From Camelus ferus (Eukaryota), in contig NC_045696.1 of NCBI RefSeq assembly GCF_009834535.1, positions 29,018,001-29,082,000 of the forward strand: a stretch of 64,000 bases of DNA. Reading direction: 5' to 3'. The position numbers and the translations under genes are program-made. Of this stretch, positions 54,975 to 64,000 are shown piece after piece. Within the stretch, counting starts at the first letter, position 1, and every line of letters begins with the position of its first letter. The notes below the pieces were generated by a model. That model did not search any database. It saw nothing but the letters and a program-made list of their open reading frames with translations, and was not told the DNA's origin.

Positions 54975-55475
54975 CACTTTATTCATTTGAGATGTGATTT
55001 ATGCAAAATAAGCTACACATCTAAAGTGTATAGTTTGATGTGTTTAGACACATGTATACATCCAAGAAACTTCCACCACTATTAAGAAAATTAACATTTC
55101 AATCAACCTGAAAAGTTTCTTTGCACCCTCTTGTAATCAATCTCACCCCTTTCCACAGCACCCCTAGGTACTAACTAATCTGCTCTTTGTGACTATGGAT
55201 TAGTTTATATTTCTAGAATTTTATATAAATGGAATCATAGAATATGTACTCCAGATTCATGTGGCTTTTTCACTCTCATCATTATTTTGAGGTTTAGTAA
55301 TGTTGTTGAATGTATCAACACTTTTTTTTTTTTTTTTACTTTTTTTTAAGTAGTATCTCATTGTATGGGTATGTAAGAGTTTTTGTATCCACTAATCTAC
55401 CCATAGACACTTGGAGCTTTCCATATTTGTTTATTGCAAATAAAACTGCTATAAACATTTGTTTGCAAGTCATGA
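54975..55475 (-). mobile_element. L1MC/ME 3' end
   Basis: 'aaagtgtatagtttgatg...tttctagaattttatataaatggaatcatag...aataaaactgctataaacatt'. Confidence 0.88.
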
Positions 55476-55629
55476 GAATATTCTTTAATGAAAAGAAAAA
55501 AGTGGCCATAAATGGTCAAAAGACAGACCATTATAAACTGATGTAATGGATCTTAGTATGTAGGGGGTAGAGAAAGTTAGCAATTTATGTTAGAGCATAT
55601 GAATATATGAATTCAGGGGAGGATGGTCA

Positions 55630-56052
55630 AGATTAGTTTAAAAATGTTTCTGCTGCCAAAATGTTTGCTATCAAACAACTCAATATTTCAGCTGTGTACA
55701 ATTAATATTTTTATTCCCTCATGAAGAAAAAAAAAAATCTGACATCTTTTAGGCTTGGCTGAACTTGGCTCCAGTTGAACTTGTAGCTTAGGTTCAATTT
55801 GGTTCTATCTTCAGTCTTGTACCCATAACTTTCTGGGGCATGTTTTCTCATGATAGAGGTCAAAACCACCGGAAACCAAGCATTTCCATGCAAGCACTTG
55901 GTTTACGCACATTTGGTTATACTTAGTATAAATCATATTCATTCATTTCACACTGCTTAAAGGAAGACAAATGGCCAAATCCAAATTGAGTGGGTCATAA
56001 GGCAAAGAAGTCAGGGAATAATGCATTAATCAATAGTAACCAATCCATCACA
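55630..56052 (-). mobile_element. Old MLT1-type LTR
   Basis: 'gggcatgttttctcatgatagagg...aaatggccaaatccaaa...caatccatcaca'. Confidence 0.6.
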
Positions 56053-56289
56053 GGAGTTTAAAACGGAAAACAAGGACCAGGTACTATGGGCCTTGGCGAG
56101 CCAGTGTAAGTATTTTGCATAGTACTTTAAGGATTTTAAGCAGGAGCATGATATGGTCTGATTAGTGTTTCACAAATATCCCTTGGACTGCCATTTGGAG
56201 AATGGATTACAGCAATATTACTAACTACATAAACCAAGCAATTATACCTATTGGGAAGTGATTGCAGGAGTTGGGGTTAGAGATGGGTG

Positions 56290-56770
56290 ACTTGTTCTAG
56301 AAAGGTGTCCTGGTTACTCACTGTTTTCCCCAGGTCATTTGCACCCTCCTCTGCCCTACTCTATGGCCTAGGATGCCAACCCCTAAGGACTGCGCCACAC
56401 AGGCTTCACTGCTTTCTCTCTTTCAGCTCTGTTTGCCATAGCCCTCAACATGGTAAAGGAAGACAGAAAGGCAGAACAGTAAGTTTTTTTCCTTCCCACT
56501 GCTCTCTTCCTGCTGCATTACAGAAGCAACAGGTGTGATGACTGCAGCTCCTTCCTGCTGGGCAGCCCCTCTTTCAGAAATCCAGCTCCCACTGGATTTT
56601 AGAGCATTTCTTCTTCTTGAAAATCCAAGCCTGGGCATGTTACAGCAACTTGCTGCTGCCAGTCCTGAGTGTCCAAATATCCCCTATAACCTCCTTCAAT
56701 TCTATTCAACCCACTGATATTGTTCCTTTATTCTATCAATTTTAACCTGCTTAAGTGGATTTCTCTTCCT
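56290..56770. mobile_element. LTR33-like ERVL LTR
   Basis: 'cctctgccctactctatggcctaggatgccaacccctaaggactgc...gcagctccttcctgctgggcagccc'. Confidence 0.55.
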
Positions 56771-57054
56771 TTTCTGGGTCCTGGCAGGTAGGTCATAATT
56801 ACATAGAAAACAAAAAGAAAAACATAAGAAAAAGTGGGCCAATTTTGGTTATTTAGAGGTAGAATCAACAGAATTGACTGATGGATTGGAAGTTAGAGAG
56901 TCAGGGTAAGAAATGAATTAAAGATAACTCTTGAAGTTCTGGCTTAAACTATCCTGGGAGTGGTGATAACTTTAATAAAATGAAATAGACTATAAAAGGA
57001 GTGACTATGCCAAACACATGTGAGTTACTTATTAGACACCTATATGTTGATGTC

Positions 57055-57102
57055 AATGAGTTTGTGGTGAGTCAATTGGATAAATGAGTTTGTGGTGAGT
57101 CA
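57055..57102. repeat. 20-bp direct duplication (aatgagtttgtggtgagtca x2, 28-bp period)
   Basis: 57055-57074 is identical to 57083-57102. Confidence 0.95.
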
Positions 57103-57481
57103 TTACCAGATCAATAGCATTTAAAGCCATGAGTCTATGAAAGCCATCAATTTGGTGGAAAAATAAAGCAGCTCCTTGAGAGAGACCTGGGCTATTTTCA
57201 CCTACAGAAGAGAAGAAGCTAAAAAAAGTCTAAGAAGTGGGTACTTATGAAGTATTCAGAAAAGTATAGTATTATGAGCAGAAATAGGAGAAAGTTGTAT
57301 CAAGGATAGTTGATCAGCTGTGGATGCTGAGATATCAAGCACAGAGAAAAGATAATTGAGTTAGTCACCGTGAAATTCATTGGTCACCTTGACGAGGGCA
57401 GTCTCATTGGAGTTTGGGGAATAGAGCTCAAATGTAGTGAGTGGGAAATATGTAAATGAAGATGATATAATAAACACCTTT

Positions 57482-57585
57482 GTAATATATGTATATATAT
57501 TTATATGTAATATATGTATATTACATATATACATGTAGGTGATATATATATTAAATGTACTTATATACATATAACTTACATATAG
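57482..57585. repeat. TA-rich low-complexity tract
   Basis: Directly visible. Confidence 0.85.
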
Positions 57586-58139
57586 AAGTTTTATTTTGAA
57601 ATGAACATAGGAACTGCTTTAGAGAGGGATGAACCATTAAGAAATGTTTGTGTTTATGTTTATCTTTTGGACTGTCGGTTGTTATGTATGTTTAAGAATG
57701 GATATACCAGCGTACATTTGTAATCTGGATTGCAAGTTCCAGAATAAAGCCAGAAATCTATGACAGTAGTATTAGGAGTGAAATTTGCAAGAAACCAAAG
57801 GATGGGCATTTAATAGAAGTAGTGATATTTATTGTTAATATCAATGGGAAGCTGAGGAGTATGAGAATAAATGCACATAAGTTGGCGGTTTAGTAGTAGG
57901 AAGTTAAGGAAAGCACGAAATGTTTGCTTTTCTATTTTAAAATAGAGAAGAAGAAAAATACAAGTTTAGAGAGCAGTGTTTGGGGAAGAAATATAGGTGG
58001 CTTAAGAAGAGAGAAGGTAAGAAACTTTGTTTTTTCCTTCAGGCTGAACTTCTACTGCTTTAAAATAAGCAATTTCTTTTTGAAGTGATTGGGGTAAATT
58101 GTTGGAAATTTTGAAGAGAGGTAATAAAGTATAAAGATA

Positions 58140-58290
58140 TTGGGATTTAAGTCCAAGTGTTCTTACTAAATGCACTGAATTTGGTCAAACTATATAACCA
58201 TTTGCAGACCCAACTTTTCCATCTATTAGACATGAATAGTTTTCACCCTACATTCATTGTGAAGATTAATCAAGATTAGATATAAACATC
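58140..58290 (+). mobile_element. MIR fragment
   Basis: 'tgggatttaagtcc...cttactaaatgcactgaatttggtcaa...ttgtgaagattaa'. Confidence 0.6.
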
Positions 58291-60094
58291 AATATTCTCT
58301 AAGCTCAAAAGGTGTATTCGAAAATTCCATGCTCCTTTATGGAAATCAGACTTTTGTGAGTAGTTTAGAACAAACTGAGTCATTGGTTTTTATACAATGA
58401 TTCTTACCAGTATGAGTTGCACAGTAAAGGAGTGCATTGTGGAAACCTAGGACTCTAACTGGGAAAGTGGTAGCGTTTACGCCAGTGGGAGCGCCTTCTC
58501 AGATTCTTGATCTGGAAGTGAGCAAGGGGCAGTGTTCCCTTTATTCTCTTTCTCAACTTTGAGCCCCCTTCCCCTTTCCTCCCAGTTATTTGTTTTCCCT
58601 TTTATTCTTCTTCTGCTGAATATTTTGTATGAGTTTGTTCCTGTTAGAAGATCAGCGGAGTGGCTGGGTGTAGGTAAAATTTGTAGAAACCCACTACTTT
58701 CATTTGCTTCCTCAAGCTCCAGCTCCTGGCAGCTCCCTCTGGATGCTAAAGCAGCAGAAGGAGATTACAGCCAGTTACCTGGAGACATCTTGCCTGGGTT
58801 CCTCACTACCTGAGGGCACATAAGACCCATGAGACTGGAAAGACCTGTGAAACATGAAATTGGCCCAAATCCTTCATTTTCTTGCTACTCAGCACAATTC
58901 TCTGTTTCCTATTCTGCTGAAGGGCCTATCAGTTTGAGTAATGAGGCTAAAAACCAACACAAGATTAATTACTTTAAGCCAAGTGAGTTTTAGGCTGGAA
59001 ACAGCTTTAGATGGATTAACCACCAATTTCATAATACATGGCAGAGAAGGGTGGGAAAAGAATAGAAAAGAAAATAATGCACACAGAAGAGCACTCATAC
59101 CAGTATCATTTTCAGGTAATATAAAAATGAATATCAATATCCATAACTATTAATACAAAATATATAAAATTATCATTTGATAGCTAAGTGTAGGTTTGGA
59201 AAAGTCCAAGATCATGAGTTTACCAAGTGACAGTGCTAGTACACAAACGCAATTTTTCCACCTCACTTTAGCCCAGAGGATTGTGTCTTGCTAAAAACTC
59301 ACTAATCAAATGCTAAAAGAGCAATAGGAAAAGCTCTGGCATGAATTGGAAACAGTTTTCCTTTCATACGTAAGTTTTACATAAGAAAATTCAATAAATA
59401 TTTCATAGAGTTTGTAGAACAAAAGTTGATAAATTAAAAAGAATTATGTAAATTGTCAAAAATCATTTTCAGGAGATAATTTATAATTTTAATAACATTT
59501 TATGGGCAGATGATCTTTATAAATAACTCCATGTTGAGCTACTTTGGCTATAAGAAGTTGTCTGTTTTAATTTGTATTAAATATCCTTGGTTCTTCTATA
59601 AATATAACTGTTTAACTCTCCGCATTTCTCCATCTTTCCCCCACCCAATATGAAAGAGCATTCTTCAAAGCAGAGTCTTTTGACTTTTGATTGTTGCATA
59701 CCACAACTCAGAGCCTAATGTGAATTAAGCCCATGCTGCTGACTCTTCTATTAATGCTCTACCAAGCTAAATAAACCAAAGCATCTAGATACAGTACATG
59801 GAAAGCTGAGATTATAATGGTGCATTTGCTCTACAAGTTGTATTTCTCAACATTCAGCAAAGGTTTAACAGGAAATTAAAGTAATTGTGACATAATTGCT
59901 TGTTTCACTAAATAAGTTTACCACTTACTTTTTATGCCAAAAGCTTGGAAACTCAATTGCCAAAATAATACTTATAGTAAAATGGTCAGTAATGACATGT
60001 TTTGTTATGTTCAACAATAATATTTCTTATACCTCTTTTGAGATGATCTCTTGAATACATATCTAATAAAATCATTCATAGTATTATTCAAAGC

Positions 60095-60385
60095 CTTATT
60101 TTTAGTTGAGGTATAACTGACATATAATATGTTAATTTTAGGTGTACAACATAGTGATTTGATATTTGTATACATGAGAAAATTATCACCACAATAAGTC
60201 AACACTCATTACCTTTTATTTTTCCAAAATTTTTTCTTATAACAAGAACTTCTAATATCTACTCTCAGCAACTTTCAAATATACAATATAGTATTATTAA
60301 CTATAGTCACCATGTTGCACATTACGTCCCCTATGACTCATTTATTTTATAACTGAAGGTTTGTGCTTTTTGACCCTCTTCACAC
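60095..60385 (-). mobile_element. L1MA-type 3' end
   Basis: 'ttgaggtataactgacatataat...ggtgtacaacatagtgatttgatatttgtatac...tattattaactatagtcaccatgttg'. Confidence 0.9.
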
Positions 60386-60399
60386 TACTTATTTGTTTT

Positions 60400-61060
60400 T
60401 ACATGATAACACTTACAGAGTGCTTACTTGTGCAAGTAATATTCTAAACATTTTTGCTAATATTTAATTATTTGTTCCCAAGTCTTAATTGGGGTCCTCC
60501 AAGTAGCAGGCACTATGATAGGGTGGGACATGAAAGACATTTCTGAGGGGAAGTGTTCCATGTAGGATAAAGGTGAGGAAGCAGGAGTATGTAAGAGGAG
60601 CCTTCAGACTCCAAAGCAGGTACGGCACCTGTGAAAGGAGAAGGGGGAAAAGATGATGGGGCAGGGAGAGTCTCAGACTGCAGCACAGCACGAAGACAGA
60701 CTCCTCACGCTCTGTGGTAGTCCCTGAGCCAAAGTTATCAGTGAGTGAAGCCCTGAATCCTTCCGGAATGGGTGGACACTAGAACCCCTGCCATGGTCAG
60801 TCATTGATGAGAAGAATCCTGGGAGAAGTATGGTTTCGATGCAAACACCCTGATGGCTCCAGAGGGTGACATCTGGGGAAAACACTCAACTTTGCTGCCC
60901 TTTGCAGCCAGTTTTAATGAAGGAGATCTGAGCACTGCAATCCCATGCCTGCCACGTCTCACAACAACCCTATGAGTTATGAATTACTATAGATCCATTC
61001 GAATTATGAGAAAACAGAGAAATAGAGGTTAATTAAAATACCCAAGATCATATCGCAACG
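60400..61060 (-). mobile_element. MIR split by an LTR16-like insertion
   Basis: 'ataacacttacagagtgcttacttgtgc...' resumes after the LTR as 'tctcacaacaaccctatgag...gagaaaacagagaaatagaggttaa'. Confidence 0.75.
60482..60956 (-). mobile_element. LTR16-like ERVL solo LTR
   Basis: 'gtcttaattggggtcctccaagtagcag...gggcagggagagtctcagactgcagcacag...ggagatctgagc...ctgccacg'. Confidence 0.8.
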
Positions 61061-62396
61061 TCCAATCAAGGAACACAAATTTTCCTCATTTGTTGCGCGA
61101 TTGTTTCATACATTCTCTGACAAAATTTCACACACTACATATCTCTTTTGGCTAATTAAGTAATTTACAACATCACCAGATAACTCTACTACTGTCAATG
61201 TTAATATATCCAGAATATTTGATATCTATGTGATCTGTTTTTAAACTTCCCCTCAACAGAAATTGCACTGAGCAACAAGGGATTGGGAAGGTAAAAAAAA
61301 GGAAATATTAGAAATTGCCTGCAATAGTAAATAAAAATTCTAAAGAAACTCAGAGAGAGTAAAACTCACTTTTTCATGAATTTTCACCTGCCCTTTTATA
61401 TCAAGGTAATATTGACAACATTAGGTAGAGGAAGAATTCATATGCTAATACACTAGGGGACTCCTAGGGTTGTCAAACAGATCAGTTCATCTCTCAAAGG
61501 CTATATCCTGTGATCTAAATATTATTTTTTTTAAATCCATACTCCCTCAAAATCTATGAGTACTCTGCAATAGGACAACACAGTAACCAAGATGCTAAGC
61601 AATGTAGCAGACTATCAAACAGGGCTCTAATCTCCCAGAGAACATTTGTCTTAGCTCTCCCAATCTCCATTTCCTCATCTAACCACAAGAGGAGCTGGAT
61701 TCTATCAGAAACGTGAAAAAAGAAAGGATCATCAAAGTCCCCTGAGAAACTACTAATAAATAAGTAACAGGTGTCCTGGCTCAAATGCAGAGAACCAGAT
61801 TAAGCAAAATAGAGTGAGAACAGAATTTTCTAAAAGTTCATTATGACAGACTAGGTTTCAGAATCACTGAACTCGATGATCTGTAGTTAGAAAACACTTT
61901 TTTAAAAACTCTCTACTTAATGTTAATGTTAAAAAACTCCTTTGTGAAAATGTTTACATTCACTTAAATTTCCACAATTCTTTTTTCATCTCTACCATGG
62001 GATCAAGAAGAGCACAAAAAAGCACTGCAATAATGTTTTAGCCAAATATCACTTAAAATATAATATACTAATGCATAATGTAAATTAGAAACATAAGCCA
62101 CCTGCTTAGTAGGATAATTAAGTGTTTTTTGGATCAAAATTTGAAGTTATTCATATATATATATAGTCTACAATGATATATTAATCAATTATCAGTAGAA
62201 ACACTTGCCATTTATTAGAGAAGGAATTTCACATAATGACCTGAATGCAAAGTATTTTCAGGTAGATAGTCTTGTGCATTTGGAAGCCCAGCTTTCTACC
62301 ATACTGTCTAAAATTTCAGTTGAATGATGTTTTTAATTTGTTTCTCCATTTTCATATATCAGCAGTAGATTACCACTTCATGTTACAATTACTCAC

Positions 62397-62405
62397 CGCG
62401 CTTAT
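62397..62405 (-). CDS. Candidate 9-nt frame-preserving microexon (ATAAGCGCG) of an unidentified minus-strand gene
   Basis: The minus strand reads gttcacgtcatgtttgtgaatttcgttttcag|ATAAGCGCG|gtgagtaa: consensus donor, T-rich acceptor, and a branch-like TTCAC with its A at -28. Five CpGs lie within 60 bp in an otherwise CpG-poor window, and the context is repeat-free. It would encode (D/N/H/Y)KR in phase 1 or ISA in phase 0. Confidence 0.55.
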
Positions 62406-64000
62406 CTGAAAACGAAATTCACAAACATGACGTGAACATAATGCGCTGCAACACAGGCAGAGACATCACTACTCCTGCTCCTGTCACATCTTATGTCAAC
62501 ATGCTCACTCATACTAATAAAAAATACACCTTCGGGGACATAATTTGATTAAACCTTATCAGAGCAACTAACATGTCCTATTTGTGTGTAACACTGAAAA
62601 TACTCCAGAATCTTACAAGCTGATCTACACGGCACCGAAGTGCATCATGGCAGCATTTTTCAACACACATAAACAAGACACTGACTTCTGCTCTTGTATT
62701 TGTTGCCGTCTCCATGTGACATTGCAAGTGTACAGAAAAAAAAAAAACAAAACACAGTGTTTTGTTAATGTGGTTGCTGTTTTGAAACTCATACCATCAC
62801 TGTTTAAAGCCTCCCAAGTAGAGAGCTGAATTTAAGTATACCGAAGAACTTAATACTGCTTCCCACCCTACTGCTATCACCACTAGCTCCTGCCCAAATA
62901 TTTATGGTTGACATTATTTTAATCCAGAGTTTATCACTCTCTTCTACGGAAGCCATTGGAAACACAGCTATTGTGCCAATTAACTGCATGCACTACTCAA
63001 TTCTGAAATCAGAAAGAACTCTGGATTGAACTGAAGATGACAGAGGCACAGGAAGGGGCAAGAGCTGTGTCATCCTTCTAGGGACTGTAAAAGACGTATT
63101 TGTAAAAGCATGTTTGAATTTGCATTATATAATTAATGGAACAAATCATGATCTTTGCAATAAATCAAGCAGCATAAATATGCATCAAGAAAAATTATTT
63201 TTTATCTTCATCCCATTTCTTTGTTATCTTAACTCCATTCCAGTTCCATCTCTCTGGAATAATCAATATTAATTGTTGAGTGTGTGCTCTGCCACACCTT
63301 TCTTTATGTTGTTTCTAGATGTAGAGATTTTGAGGCTTATGTATCTATTTGAATACAAATTACACACTGTCTAGTAATTTGATTTTTTTTTCACTTAACC
63401 TCTTCTTTCTCCTTTCTCTCACTCTCTCTCCTTTTTTTCCCTTTAATTTTTCTATTGATTGTGTACACAGAAGGGATACTAGATAGGGCTTTATCAGGAA
63501 AACAGAAAGTAATTTAGATTTTCCAGCACCAAGAAAGTAGGAGAGCAGAGTTCAAATAAAAACTGCTCTTGGCTTTCATGACATCTGAGGTGCAGGAATT
63601 TGTTCCTTGCAGGATTTGGGGGCAGTTCACACAGAATTCACTGCAAGCTCCATGCTCTCTGTCCTTTCATCTGTCTATTGCCCCCTATTTCCAAAAGTTG
63701 TGTCATAGCCTGTCATTGGCAGTGTCTAACCCAGATATCTGCCAGCAGGAGAGTCTGGGAGATCAAGATCTCAGTATCTATCATTCTTGAGACACGTAGG
63801 AGAGTGTGGGAGTGGAGCAATGTTGATGTAACAACAAACAATCCAGTTAAAGATTTAAAATTCTTTACACTGACCAACTGTAAATTTTCTTTACATCACA
63901 AATGATCCAAAAATGATTAAGGATAAGATTTATGTTGGAAATCTTTTTCTCTTTCTCTCTTTATCGCTTGCTCTGGTTCTCTCATTATACAATCTTCTGT

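Larger units (their letters stand above)
56053..58130 (-). mobile_element. L2 fragments, interrupted by an LTR and a TA-rich tract
   Basis: 'aggattttaagcaggagcatgatatggtctgattagtgttt', 'gaggtagaatcaacagaattgactgatggattgga', 'cattggtcaccttgacgagggcagt'. Confidence 0.75.

Noticed and set aside
58470..58500. CTCF-like motif 'acgccagtgggagcgcc'
   Set aside because: The spacing is one base short of the CTCF core, so it cannot be supported without a PWM scan.
62804..62989. 61-aa minus-strand ORF near the microexon
   Set aside because: The nearest good upstream acceptor (about 63003) hits stops in all three frames, and no homology is recognised.
1..64000. CRISPR arrays, tRNA/rRNA genes, CpG-island promoter, prokaryote-type operons
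   Set aside because: None seen. The sequence is mammalian repeat-rich non-coding DNA with no regularly spaced repeat-spacer array.

Overview
AT-rich, CpG-depleted mammalian DNA, most likely one long intron or gene desert. It is largely a patchwork of degenerate transposable elements: L1 fragments, L2, MIR, ERVL/MaLR LTRs (MLT1, MLT2, LTR16 with ERVL internal remnants) and DNA-transposon MITEs (MER2, MER8, MER58, MER5-like). I saw no Alu, B1/B2, Can-SINE, PRE-1 or Bov-type SINE. That, plus several very short 'gaagtatagtcag...' L1 3' tails, suggests a cetartiodactyl, possibly camelid, genome (inference). None of the listed ORFs looks like a real protein-coding gene; the protein-like ones are L1 ORF2 debris. 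The strongest non-repeat signal is a candidate 9-nt minus-strand microexon at 62397-62405 (ttttcag|ATAAGCGCG|gtgagt) in a repeat-free, CpG-retaining island, with two weaker neighbouring candidates. Other oddities are a polyadenylated retrocopy-like insert in an L1, a hairpin-rich templated insertion in an L2, and several local dispersed duplications. Repeat family names come from recalled consensus motifs, not a database search, and repeat boundaries are approximate unless a TSD or TIR is cited.
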